A stretch of 64,000 bases of DNA from NCBI RefSeq assembly GCF_009914755.1, contig NC_060948.1, one strand, 5' to 3'. The position numbers were made by a program, and so were the translations under genes. This document shows positions 43,601 to 58,300 of this stretch, one piece after another (position 1 is the first letter of the stretch; every line of letters begins with the position of its first letter). Source of the DNA: the human T2T-CHM13v2.0 reference genome, Homo sapiens. The notes under the pieces are model-generated. The model was not told the DNA's origin. It saw only the letters and a program-made list of their open reading frames with translations, and did no database searches.

Positions 43601-46600
43601 TGGAACGGAATGGACTCGAATGGAATGGAATGTCATGGGATGGCATCAAATGGAATGGCATCAAATGGAATGGAATCGAATGCAATGGAATGCTATGGAA
43701 TGGAATGGAATGCATTGGAATGGAATGTCCTCTAATGGAATGCATTCGAGTGGAATGGAATTGAATATAATGGAGTCGAATGAAATGGAATTGAAAGGAA
43801 TGGGATCGAATACAATGGAATATACTGGAATGTAACGTAATGAACTCGAATGTAATTGACTGGAATGGAATGTACATGAATGGAATGTAATCGAATGGAA
43901 AGTAATCCAATGGAATAGAATCTAATGCAATAAAATCGACTCAGATAGAGTAGAATGTAATGGAATGGAGTGCAGTGCAATGGAATGGAATGGAATGGAA
44001 TGCAATGGAATGGAATGGAATGGAATGGAATGGAATGGAATGGAATGGGATGGAATGGTATGGAATGGATAGTAATGGACTGGAGTGAAATGGACTGGAA
44101 AGGAATGGACTCAAATTGAAAGGTCTCGAAAGGAATGGAGTCAAATGGAATGGTCTGGAATGGAATGAACACGAATGTAATGCAACCCAATAGAATGGAA
44201 TCGAATGGCATGGAATATAAAGAAATGGAATCGAAGAGAATGGAAACAAATGGAATGGAATTGAATGGAATGGAATTGAATGGAATGGGAACGAATGGAG
44301 TGAAATTGTATGCAGTAGAAGAGAATAGAATGGAATGCAAGCGAAAGGAAAGGAATGGATTGGAATGGAATGGAATTCATTGGAATGGAAGGGAATGTAG
44401 TGTAATGGACAGGCCTGGAATAAAGTGGAATGCTACGGTCTCGAATGGAATAAAAATGTATGGAATGGAATGCAATGAAACGGAATCGAATGTCATAGAA
44501 TGTAATGGAATGCAAAAAAATGGAATCCAAAATCATTGACTGGAAAGGCTGGGTGTCGAAAGGAATTGACTCCAATGGAATGGAATCGAATGGAATGGAA
44601 GTGAATAGAATCGAACTAAATCGAATGGAATGGAATTGATAGGAACGGAATGGAAAGGAATGCAATGATTTGGCATGGAATGGAATCGAATGGCATCGAA
44701 TGGAATGGAATGGAATGCAATGGAATGGAATGTATTAGAATGTAATGAACTTTAATGGAATGTACTCGAATGGATTCGACTGGAATGGAATGTTCTGGAA
44801 GTGAATGGACTCCAATGGAATGGATTCAAAAGGAATGGAATCGTACGGAATGGAATCTAATGGAATGGAATTAAATGGAAATGAATCAAATTGAATAGCA
44901 CGGAATTGAATTGAATGGAATCGAATGCAATGGAATCTAATGAAACGGAAAGGAAAGGAATGGAATGGAATGGAATGGGCTGGAATGGAAAGGAATCGAA
45001 ACGAATGGAATGGAATCGAAGTGAAGAGACTGCAATGGAATGCACTGGAATGGAAGGGAGTGTAATGGAAGGTTCTCGAAAAAAATGGAATCGAATGGAA
45101 TGGAATTGAATGGAACGGAATAGAGTCGAATGGAATTGAATGGAATGGAATGGACTAGAGTGAAGTGGAATCGAACCACAAGGAATGGAGAGGAATAGAA
45201 TGGTCTCGAATTGAATGGAATCGTATGGAATGGCATCAAACGGAATGGAATGGACAGCCACGGAATGGAATGCACTCGAATGCAATGGAGTCGAAACTAA
45301 CGGACTGGAATAGAATGGACTCGACTGGTACGGACTCCAATGGAATGGAATCGAATGGAAGGGAATCGAACGGAAGGGAATCGAAAGGAATGGACTCGAA
45401 GGGAAAAGACTGCAATGGAAAGGTCTCGAATGGAATGGAAATTAATGGAATGGAATGGAGTCGAATGAAATGGAGTCAAAAGGAATGGAATCGAATGGCA
45501 AGAAATCGAATGTAATGGAATCGCAAGGAATTGATGTGAACGGAACGGAATGGAATGGAATCCAAAGGAATGGAATAGAATGGAATGGAATCGAATGGAA
45601 AGGACTCGAATGGAAATCACTCGAATAGAATGCAATTTAATAAAATAGGATCAAATGTAATGGAATGGAATGGAAAGGAATCGAAACGAAAGGAATGGAG
45701 ACAGATGGAATGGAATGGAACAGAGAGCAATGGTATAGAATGGAATGGAATCATCTGGAATGGAATTGAATGGAATGGAATAATATGAAATGGAATGGAA
45801 TGGAATGGAATGGAATGCCCTTGAATTAAATGGACTGGAATGGAATGGACTCAAACAGAGTGGAATGGAAAGTGTGGAGATAGAATGGAATGAACTCCTT
45901 CGGAATGGTCTAGTAGGCAATGCAATCGACTGGCAGGGAATCAAAAGGAATGTAATCGAATGGATTGGACTGGAATGCAATGGACTCGAATAGATTGGAA
46001 ACGGAATGCAAAGAATGGAATGGAATAGTATGGAATGGAATGGAAAGGAATGGAGTGGAACAGACTAGAGTGGAATGGAATGGACTGGAAAGCAATGGAC
46101 TGGAATGGAACTTTCTTGAATGGACTGGAATCAAACGGAATGGAATGCAATGCAATCAAATGGCATGGAATAAAATAGAATGAAAGAGAATCAAATGGAA
46201 TTGAATCGAATGGAATCGAATGGATTGGAAAGGAATAGAATGGAATGGAATGGAATTGACTCAAATGGAATGGACTAGAATGGAATGGATTCGAATGGAA
46301 GGCAAAGGAATGGAATCTATTGGAATGGACTGTAATGGAATGGAATGGAAGGGATTGGAATGGACTCGAATGGAATGGACTGCAATAGAAAGGATTCGAA
46401 TGGAATGAAAAAGAATTGAATGGAATAGAACAGAATGGAATCAAATCGAATGAAATGGAATGGAATAGAAAGGAATGGAATGAAATGGAATGGAAAGGAT
46501 TCGAATGGAATGCAATCGAATGGAATGGAATCGAACGGAATGGAATAAAATGGAAGAAAACTGGCAAGAAATGGAATCGAAATGAATGGAGTGTTATGGA

Positions 46601-47200
46601 ACGGACTCAAAAGGAATTGAATGTAATAGAATGGAGCGGAGTGGACTCGAATATAATGGACTGGAATGGAATGAAATCACATGGAATGGGAACGAATGGA
46701 ATGGAATGGAAAGGAATGGAATCGAATGGAAAGGAATCGAATGGAAGGGAATGAAATTGAATCAACAGGAATGGAAGGGAATAGAATAGACGGTAATGGA
46801 ATGGACTCGAATAGAATGGACACGCATGCTCAAATTAAATGGACTCGAATGGAATGGAAACGAAAGGAATGTCATCGAATGGAATTGAATCGATTGGAAT
46901 GAAATCGCATAGAATGGAGTGGAATCAAATGGAATTGAATCGAAAGGAAAGGAAGCGAATGGACTGAAATGAAATGGAATGGAATTGAATGGAAAGTAAT
47001 GCAATGGAATAGAATGGAACGAAATTTCACGGAATGGAATCAAACTGAATGGAATCAAATCAATGGAATCAAATCAAATGGAATGGAAAGGAATTGAATG
47101 GAGTAGATGGGATTGGATGGGATTGGAATGAAATGTACTGGAAAGGACTCGAATTTCATGAAACGGAATGGAATGAATTGGAACGGAATGGACTCGAATG
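16640..47200 (+). repeat. Homogenised central sub-array (about 8.5 units) built from two monomer types, B and C
   Basis: Nine consecutive units share CCTTCGGAATGGTCTAGTAGGC, GTGGAACAGAC and a 1-bp deletion (ATGCAAAGAATGG; ~17490 to ~46011). The B marker GCGAACGAATAGAGTGAAAGTG is at 19329, 26465 and 37160. The C marker TCCAATCAAA is at 22096, 29232, 32796, 39927 and 43491. Confidence 0.88.
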
Positions 47201-49379
47201 GAATGGAATGTCATGGGATGGCATCAAATGGAATGGCATCAAATGGAATGGAATCGAATGCAATGGAATGCTATGGAATGGAATGGAATGCATTGGAATG
47301 GAATGTCCTCTAATGGAATGGATTCGAGTGGAATGGAATTGAATATAATGGAGTCGAATGAAATGGAATTGAAAGGAATGGGATCGAATACAATGGAATA
47401 TACTGGAATGTAACGTAATGAACTCGAATGTAATTGACTGGAATGGAATGTACATGAATGGAATGTAATCGAATGGAAAGTAATCCAATGGAATAGAATC
47501 TAATGCAATAAAATCGACTCAGATAGAGTAGAATGTAATGGAATGGAGTGCAGTGCAATGGAATGGAATGGAATGGAATGCAATGGAATGGAATGGAATG
47601 GAATGGAATGGAATGGAATGGAATGGGATGGAATGGTATGGAAAGGATAGTAATGGACTGGAGTGAAATGGACTGGAAAGGAATATACTCAAATTGAAAG
47701 GGCTCGAAAGGAATGGAGTCAAATGGAATGGTCTGGAATGGAATGAACACGAATGTAATGCAACCCAATAGAATGGAATCGAATGGCATGGAATATAAAG
47801 AAATGGAATCGAAGAGAATGGAAACAAATGGAATGGAATTGAATGGAATGGGAACGAATGGAGTGAAATTGTATGCAGTAGAAGAGAATAGAATGGAATG
47901 CAAGCGAAAGGAAAGGAATGGATTGGAATGGAATGGAATTCATTGGAATGGAAGGGAATGTAGTGTAATGGACAGGCCTGGAATAAAGTGGAATGCTACG
48001 GTCTCGAATGGAATAAAAATGTATGGAATGGAATGCAATGAAACGGAATCGAATGTCATAGAATGTAATGGAATGCAAAAAAATGGAATCCAAAATCATT
48101 GACTGGAAAGGCTGGGTGTCGAAAGGAATTGACTCCAATGGAATGGAATCGAATGGAATGGAAGTGAATAGAATCGAACTAAATCGAATGGAATGGAATT
48201 GATAGGAACGGAATGGAAAGGAATGCAATGATTTGGCATGGAATGGAATCGAATGGCATCGAATGGAATGGAATGGAATGCAATGGAATGGAATGTATTA
48301 GAATGTAATGAACTTTAATGGAATGTACTCGAATGGATTCGACTGGAATGGAATGTTCTGGAAGTGAATGGACTCCAATGGAATGGATTCAAAAGGAATG
48401 GAATCGTACGGAATGGAATCTAATGGAATGCAATTAAATGGAAATGAATCAAATTGAATAGCACGGAATTGAATTGAATGGAATGGAATGCAATGGAATC
48501 TAATGAAACGGAAAGGAAAGGAATGGAATGGAATGGAATGGGCTGGAATGGAAAGGAATCGAAACGAATGGAATGGAATCGAACTGAAGAGACTGGAATG
48601 GAATGCACTGGAATGGAAGGGAGTGTAATGGAAGGTTCTCGAAAAAAATGGAATCGAATGGAATGGAATTGAATGGAACGGAATAGAGTCGAATGGAATT
48701 GAATGGAATGGAATGGACTAGAGTGAAATGGAATCGAACCACAAGGAATGGACAGGAATAGAATGGTCTCGAATTGAATGGAATCGTATGGAATGGCATC
48801 AAACGGAATGGAATGGACAGCCACGGAATGGAATGCACGCGAATGCAATGGAGGCGAAACTAACGGACTGGAATAGAATGGACTCGACTGGTACGGACTC
48901 CAATGGAATGGAATCGAATGGAAGGGAATCGAACGGAAGGGAATCGAACGGAATGGACTCGAAGGGAAAAGACTGCAATGGAAAGGTCTCGAATGGAATG
49001 GAAATTAATGGAATGGAATGGAATCGAATGAAATGGAGTCAAAAGGAATGGAATCGAATGGCAAGAAATCGAATGTAATGGAATCGCAAGGAATTGATGT
49101 GAACGGAACGGAATGGAATGGAATCCAAAGGAATGGAATAGAATGGAATGGAATCGAATGGAAAGGACTCGAATGGAAATCACTCGAATAGAATGCAATT
49201 TAATAAAATAGGATCAAATGTAATGGAATGGAATGGAAAGGAATCGAAACGAAAGGAATGGAGACAGATGGAATGGAATGGAACAGAGAGCAATGGTATA
49301 GAATGGAATGGAATCATCTGGAATGGAATTGAATGGAATGGAATAATATGAAATGGAATGGAATGGAATGGAATGGAAT

Positions 49380-52300
49380 GCCCTTGAATTAAATGGACTG
49401 GACTCGAACAGAGTGGAATGGAAAGTGTTGAGATAGAATGGAATGGACTCCTTTGGAATGGTCTAGTATGCAATGCAATCGACTGGCAGGGAATCAAAAG
49501 GAATGTAATGGAATGGATTGGACTGGAATGCAATGGACTCGAATAGATTGGAAACGGAATGCAAAGGAATGGAATGGAATAGTATGGAATGGAATGGAAA
49601 GGAATGGAGTGGAATAGACTAGAGTGGAATGGAATGGACTGGAAAGCAATGGACTGGAATGGAACTTTCTTGAATGGACTGGAATCAAACGGAATGGAAT
49701 GCAATGCAATCAAATGGCATGGAATAAAATAGAATGAAAGAGAATCAAATGGAATTGAATCGAATGGAATCGAATGGATTGGAAAGGAATAGAATGGAAT
49801 GGAATGGAATTGACTCAAATGGAATGGACTAGAATGGAATGGATTCGAATGGAAGGCAAAGGAATGGAATCTATTGGAATGGACTGTAATGGAATGGAAT
49901 GGAAGGGATTGGAATGGACTCGAATGGAATGGACTGCAATAGAAAGGATTCGAATGGAATGAAAAAGAATTGAATGGAATAGAACAGAATGGAATCAAAT
50001 CGAATGAAATGGAATGGAATAGAAAGGAATGGAATGAAATGGAATGGAAAGGATTCGAATGGAATGCAATCGAATGGAATGGAATCGAACGGAATGGAAT
50101 AAAATGGAAGAAAACTGGCAAGAAATGGAATCGAAATGAATGGAGTGTTATGGAACGGACTCAAAAGGAATTGAATGTAATAGAATGGAGTGGAGTGGAC
50201 TCGAATATAATGGACTGGAATGGAATGAAATCACATGGAATGGGAACGAATGGAATGGAATGGAAAGGAATGGAATCGAATGGAAAGGAATCGAATGGAA
50301 GGGAATGAAACTGAATCAACAGGAATGGAAGGGAATAGAATAGACGGTAATGGAATGGACTCGAATAGAATGGACACGAATGCTCAAATTGAATGGACTC
50401 GAATGGAATGGAAACGAAAGGAATGTCATCGAATGGAATTGAATCGATTGGAATGAAATCGCATAGAATGGAGTGGAATCAAATGGAATTGAATCGAAAG
50501 GAAAGGAAGCGAATGGACTGAAATGAAATGGAATGGAATTGAATGGAAAGTAATGCAATGGAATAGAATGGAACGAAATTTCACGGAATGGAATCAAACT
50601 GAATGGAATCAAATCAATGGAATCAAATCAAATGGAATGGAAAGGAATTGAATGGAGTAGATGGGATTGGATGGGATTGGAATGAAATGTACTGGAAAGG
50701 ACTCGAATTTCATGAAACGGAATGGAATGAATTGGAACGGAATGGACTCGAATGGAATGGAATGTCATGGAATGGCATCAAATGGAATGGCATCAAATGG
50801 AATGGAATCGAATGCAATGGAATGCTATGGAATGGAATGGAATGCATTGGAATGGAATGTCCTCTAATGGAATGGATTCGAGTGGAATGGAATCGAATAT
50901 AATGGAGTCGAATGAAATGGAATTGAAAGGAATGGGATCGAATACAATGGAATATACTGGAATGTAACGTAATGAACTCGAATGTAATTGACTGGAATGG
51001 AATGTACATGAATGGAATGTAATCGAATGTAAAGTAATCCAATGGAATAGAATCTAATGCAATAAAATCGACTCAGATAGAGTAGAATGTAATGGAATGG
51101 AGTGCAGTGCAATGGAATGGAATGGAATGGAATGCAATGGAATGGAATGGGATGGAATGGTATGGAATGGATAGTAATGGACTGGAGTGAAATGGACTGG
51201 AAAGGAATGGACTCAAATTGAAAGGGCTCGAAAGGAATGGAGACAAATGGAATGGTCTGGAATGGAATGAACACGAATGTAATGCAATCCAATAGAATGG
51301 AGTCGAATGGCATGGAATATAAAGAAATGGAATCGAAGAGAATGGAAACAAATGGAATGGAATTGAATGGAATGGAATTGAATGGAATGGGAACGAATGG
51401 AGTGAAATTGTATGCAGTAGAAGAGAATAGAATGGAATGCAAGCGAAAGGAAAGGAATGGATTGGAATGGAATGGAATTCATTGGAATGGAAGGGAATGT
51501 AGTGTAATGGACAGGCCTGGAATAAAGTGGAATGCTACGGTCTCGAATGGAATAAAAATGTATGGAATGGAATGCAATGAAACGGAATCGAATGTCATAG
51601 AATGTAATGGAATGCAAAAAAATGGAATCCAAAATCATTGACTGGAAAGGCTGGGTGTCGAAAGGAATTGACTCCAATGGAATGGAATCGAATGGAATGG
51701 AAGTGAATAGAATCGAACTAAATCGAATGGAATGGAATTGATAGGAACGGAATGGAAAGGAATGCAATGATTTGGCATGGAATGGAATCGAATGGCATCG
51801 AATGGAATGGAATGCAATGCAATGGAATGGAATGTATTAGAATATAATGAACTTTAATGGAATGTACTCGAATGGATTCGACTGGAATGGAATGTTCTGG
51901 AAGTGAATGGACTCCAATGGAATGGATTCAAAAGGAATGGAATCGTACGGAATGGAATCTAATGGAATGGAATTAAATGAAAATGAATCAAATTGAATAG
52001 CACGGAATTGAATTGAATGGAATCGAATGAAATGGAATCTAATGAAACGGAAAGGAAAGGCATGGAATGGAATGGAATGGGCTGGAATGGAAAGGAATCG
52101 AAACGAATGGAATGGAATCGAACTGAAGAGACTGGAATGGAATGCACTGGAATGGAAGGGAGTGTAATGGAAGGTTCTCGAAAAAAATGGAATCGAATGG
52201 AATGGAATTGAATGGAACGGAATAGAGTCGAATGGAATTGAATGGAATGGAATGGACTAGAGTGAAATGGAATCGAACCACAAGGAATGGACAGGAATAG

Positions 52301-55300
52301 AATGGTCTCGAATTGAATGGAATCGTATGGAATGGCATCAAACGGAATGGAATGGACAGCCACGGAATGGAATGCACTCGAATGCAATGGAGTCGAAACT
52401 AATGGACTGGAATAGAATGGACTCGACTGGTACGGACTCCAATGGAATGGAATCGAATGGAAGGGAATCGAACGGAATGGACTCGAAGGGAAAAGACTGC
52501 AATGGAAAGGTCTCGAATGGAATGGAAATTAATGGAATGGAATGGAATCGAATGAAATGGAGTCAAAAGGAATGGAATCGAATGGCAAGAAATCGAATGT
52601 AATGGAATCGCCAGGAATTGATGTGAACGGAACGGAATGGAATGGAATCCAAAGGAATAGAATAGAATGGAATGGAATCGAATGGAAAGGACTCGAATGG
52701 AAATCACTCGAATAGAATGCAATTTAATAAAATAGGATCAAATGTAATGGAATGGAATGGAAAGGAATCGAAACGAAAGGAATGGAGACAGATGGAATGG
52801 AATGGAACAGAGAGCAATGGTATAGAATGGAATGGAATCATCTGGAATGGAATTGAATGGAATGGAATAATATGAAATGGAATGGAATGGAATGCCCTTG
52901 AATTAAATGGACTGGACTCGAACAGAGTGGAATGGAAAGTGTTGAGATAGAATGGAATGGACTCCTTTGGAATGGTCTAGTATGCAATGCAATCGACTGG
53001 CAGGGAATCAAAAGGAATGTAATCGAATGGATTGGAGTGGAATGCAATGGACTCGAATAGATTGGAAACGGAATGCAAAGGAATGGAATGGAATAGTATG
53101 GAATGGAATGGAAAGGAATGGAGTGGAATAGACTAGAGTGGAATGGAATGGACTGGAAAGCAATGGACTGGAATGGAACATTCTTGAATGGAGTGGAATC
53201 AAACGGAATGGAATGCAATGCAATCAAATGGCATGGAATAAAATAGAATGAAAGAGAATCAAATGGAATTGAATCGAATGGAATCGAATGGATTGGAAAG
53301 GAATAGAATGGAATGGAATGGAATTGACTCAAATGGAATGGACTAGAATGGAATGGATTCGAATGGAAGGCAAAGGAATGGAATCTATTGGAATGGACTG
53401 TAATGGAATGGAATGGAAAGGATTGGAATGGACTCGAATGGAATGGACTGCAATAGAAAGGATTCGAATGGAATGAAAAAGAATTGAATGGAATAGAACA
53501 GAATGGAATCAAATCGAATGAAATGGAATGGAATAGAAAGGAATGGAATGAAATGGAATGGAAAGGATTCGAATGGAATGTAATCGAATGGAATGGAATC
53601 GAACGGAATGGAATAAAATGGAAGAAAACTGGCAAGAAATGGAATCGAAATGAATGGAGTGTTATGGAACGGACTCAAAAGGAATTGAATGTAATAGAAT
53701 GGAGTGGAGTGGACTCGAATATAATGGACTGGAATGGAATGAAATCACATGGAATGGGAACGAATGGAATGGAATGGAAAGGAATGGAATCGAATGGAAA
53801 GGAATCGAATGGAAGGGAATGAAACTGAATCAACAGGAATGGAAGGGAATAGAATAGACGGTAATGGAATGGACTCGAATAGAATGGACACGAATGCTCA
53901 AATTGAATGGACTCGAATGGAATGGAAACGAAAGGAATGTCATCGAATGGAATTGAATCGATTGGAATGAAATCGCATAGAATGGAGTGGAATCAAATGG
54001 AATTGAATCGAAAGGAAAGGAAGCGAATGGACTGAAATGAAATGGAATGGAATTGAATGGAAAGTAATGCAATGGAATAGAATGGAACGAAATTTCACGG
54101 AATGGAATCAAACTGAATGGAATCAAATCAATGGAATCAAATCAAATGGAATGGAAAGGAATTGAATGGAGTAGATGGGATTGGATGGGATTGGAATGAA
54201 ATGTACTGGAAAGGACTCGAATTTCATGAAACGGAATGGAATGAATTGGAACGGAATGGACTCGAATGGAATTGAATGTCATCAAATGGAATGGCATCAA
54301 ATGGAATGGAATCGAATGCAATGGAATGCTATGGAATGGAATGGAATGCATTGGAATGGAATGTCCTCTAATGGAATGGATTCGAGTGGAATGGAATCGA
54401 ATATAATGGAGTCGAATGAAATGGAATTGAAAGGAATGGGATCGAATACAATGGAATATACTGGAATGTAACGTAATGAACTCGAATGTAATTGACTGGA
54501 ATGGAATGTACATGAATGGAATGTAATCGAATGTAAAGTAATCCAATGGAATAGAATCTAATGCAATAAAATCGACTCAGATAGAGTAGAATGTAATGGA
54601 ATGGAGTGCAGTGCAATGGAATGGAATGGAATGGAATGCAATGGAATGGAATGGGATGGAATGGTATGGAATGGATAGTAATGGACTGGAGTGAAATGGA
54701 CTGGAAAGGAATGGACTCAAATTGAAAGGGCTCGAAAGGAATGGAGACAAATGGAATGGTCTGGAATGGAATGAACACGAATGTAATGCAATCCAATAGA
54801 ATGGAGTCGAATGGCATGGAATATAAAGAAATGGAATCGAAGAGAATGGAAACAAATGGAATGGAATTGAATGGAATGGAATTGAATGGAATGGGAACGA
54901 ATGGAGTGAAATTGTATGCAGTAGAAGAGAATAGAATGGAATGCAAGCGAAAGGAAAGGAATGGATTGGAATGGAATGGAATTCATTGGAATGGAAGGGA
55001 ATGTAGTGTAATGGACAGGCCTGGAATAAAGTGGAATGCTACGGTCTCGAATGGAATAAAAATGTATGGAATGGAATGCAATGAAACGGAATCGAATGTC
55101 ATAGAATGTAATGGAATGCAAAAAAATGGAATCCAAAATCATTGAATGGAAAGGCTGGGTGTCGAAAGGAATTGACTCCAATGGAATGGAATCGAATGGA
55201 ATGGAAGTGAATAGAATCGAACTAAATCGAATGGAATGGAATTGATAGGAACGGAATGGAAAGGATTGCAATGATTTGGCATGGAATGGAATCGAATGGC

Positions 55301-58300
55301 ATCGAATGGAATGGAATGGAATGCAATGGAATGGAATGTATTAGAATGTAATGAACTTTAATGGAATGTACTCGAATGGATTCGACTGGAATGGAATGTT
55401 CTGGAAGTGAATGGACTCCAATGGAATGGATTCAAAAGGAATGGAATCGTACGGAATGGAATCTAATGGAATGGAATTAAATGGAAATGAATCAAATTGA
55501 ATAGCACGGAATTGAATTGAATGGAATGGAATGCAATGGAATCTAATGAAACGGAAAGGAAAGGAATGGAATGGAATGGAATGGGCTGGAATGGAAAGGA
55601 ATCGAAACGAATGGAATGGAATCGAACTGAAGAGACTGGAATGGAATGCACTGGAATGGAAGGGAGTGTAATGGAAGGTTCCCGAAAAAAATGGAATCGA
55701 ATGGAATGCAATTGAATGGAACGGAATAGAGTCGAATGGAATTGAATGGAATGGAATGGACTAGAGTGAAATGGAATCGAACCACAAGGAATGGACAGGA
55801 ATAGAATGGTCTCGAATTGAATGGAATCGTATGGAATGGCATCAAACGGAATGGAATGGACAGCCACGGAATGGAATGCACTCGAATGCAATGGAGTCGA
55901 AACTAATGGACTGGAATAGAATGGACTCGACTGGTACGGACTCCAATGGAATGGAATCGAATGGAAGGGAATCGTACGGAATGGACTCGAAGGGAAAAGA
56001 CTGCAATGGAAAGGTCTCGAATGGAATGGAAATTAATGGAATGGAATGGAATCGAATGAAATGGAGTCAAAAGGAATGGAATCGAATGGCAAGAAATCGA
56101 ATGTAATGGAATCGCAAGGAATTGATGTGAACGGAACGGAATGGAATGGAATCCAAAGGAATGGAATAGAATGGAATGGAATCGAATGGAAAGGACTCGA
56201 ATGGAAATCACTCGAATAGAATGCAATTTAATAAAATAGGATCAAATGTAATAGAATGGAATGGAAAGGAATCGAAACGGAAGGAATGGAGACAGATGGA
56301 ATGGAATGGAACAGAGAGTAATGGTATAGAATGGAATGGAATCATCTGGAATGGAATTGAATGGAATGGAATGATATGAAATGGAATGGAATGGAATGGA
56401 ATGGAATGCCCTTGAATTAAATGGACTGGACTCGAACAGAGTGGAATGGAAAGTGTTGAGATAGAATGGAATGGACTCCTTTGGAATGGTGTAGTATGCA
56501 ATGCAATCGACTGGCAGGGAATCAAAAGGAATGTAATCGAATGGTTTCGACTGGAATGCAATGGAATCGAATAGATTGGAAACGGAATGCAAAGGAATGG
56601 AATGGAATAGTATGGAATGCAATGGAAGGGAATGGATTGGAATAGACTAGAGTGGAATGGAACGGACTGGAAAGCAATGGACTGGAATGGAACTTTCTTG
56701 GATGGACTGGAATCAAACGGAATGGAATGCAATGCAATCAAATGGCATGGAATAAAATAGAATGAAAGAGAATCAAATGGAATTGAATCGAATGGAATCG
56801 AATGGATTGGAAAGGAATAGAATGGAATGGAATGGAATTGACTCAAATGGAATGGACTAGAATGGAATGGATTCGAATGGAAGGCAAAGGAATGGAATCT
56901 ATTGGAATGGACTGTAATGGAATGGAATGGAAGGGATTGGAATGGACTCGAATGGAATGGACTGCAATAGAAAGGACTCGAATGGAATGAAAAAGAATTG
57001 AATGGAATAGAACAGAATGGAATCAAATCGAATGAAATGGAATGGAATAGAAAGGAATGGAATGAAATGGAATGGAAAGGATTCGAATGGAATGCAATCG
57101 AATGGAATGGAATCGAACGGAATGGAATAAAATGGAAGAAAACTGGCAAGAAATGGAATCGAAATGAATGGAGTGTTATGGAACGGACTCAAAAGGAATT
57201 GAATGTAATAGAATGGAGTGGAGTGGACTCGAATATAATGGACTGGAATGGAATGAAATCACATGGAATGGGAACGAATGGAATGGAATGGAAAGGAATG
57301 GAATCGAATGGAAAGGAATCGAATGGAAGGGAATGAAATTGAATCAACAGGAATGGAAGGGAATAGAATAGACGGTAATGGAATGGACTCGAATAGAATG
57401 GACACGAAAGCTCAAATTGAATGGACTCGAATGGAATGGAAACGAAAGGAATGTCATCGAATGGAATTGAATCGATTGGAATGAAATCGCATAGAATGGA
57501 GTGGAATCAAATGGAATTGAATCGAAAGGAAAGGAAGCGAATGGACTGAAATGAAATGGAATGGAATTGAATGGAAAGTAATGCAATGGAATAGAATGGA
57601 ACGAAATTTCACGGAATGGAATCAAACTGAATGGAATCAAATCAATGGAATCTAATCAAATGGAATGGAAAGGAATTGAATGGAGTAGATTGGATTGGAT
57701 GGGATTGGAATGAAATGTACTGGAAAGGACTCGAATTTCATGAAACGGAATGGAATGAATTGGAACGGAATGGACTCGAATGGAATGGAATGTCATGGAA
57801 TGGCATCAAATGGAATGGCATCAAATGGAATGGAATCGAATGCAATGGAATGCTATGGAATGGAATGGAATGCATTGGAATGGAATGTCCTCTAATGGAA
57901 TGGATTCGAGTGGAATGGAATTGAATATAATGGAGTCGAATGAAATGGAATTGAAAGGAATGGGATCGAATACAATGGAATATACTGGAATGTAACGTAA
58001 TGAACTCGAATGTAATTGACTGGAATGGAATGTACATGAATGGAATGTAATCGAATGCAAAGTAATCCAATGGAATAGAATCTAATGCAATAAAATCGAC
58101 TCAGATAGAGTAGAATGTAATGGAATGGAGTGCAGTGCAATGGAATGGAATGGAATGGAATGCAATGGAATGGAATGGAATGGAATGGAATGGGATGGAA
58201 TGGTATGGAATGGATAGTAATGGACTGGAGTGAAATGGACTGGAAAGGAATGGACTCAAATTGAAAGGGCTCGAAAGGAATGGGGACAAATGGAATGGTC

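Noticed and set aside
57648-57659. GAATCTAATCA, near the DUX4 motif TAATCTAATCA
   Set aside because: It is a single private variant with a mismatch at a core position and is not a feature of the array.
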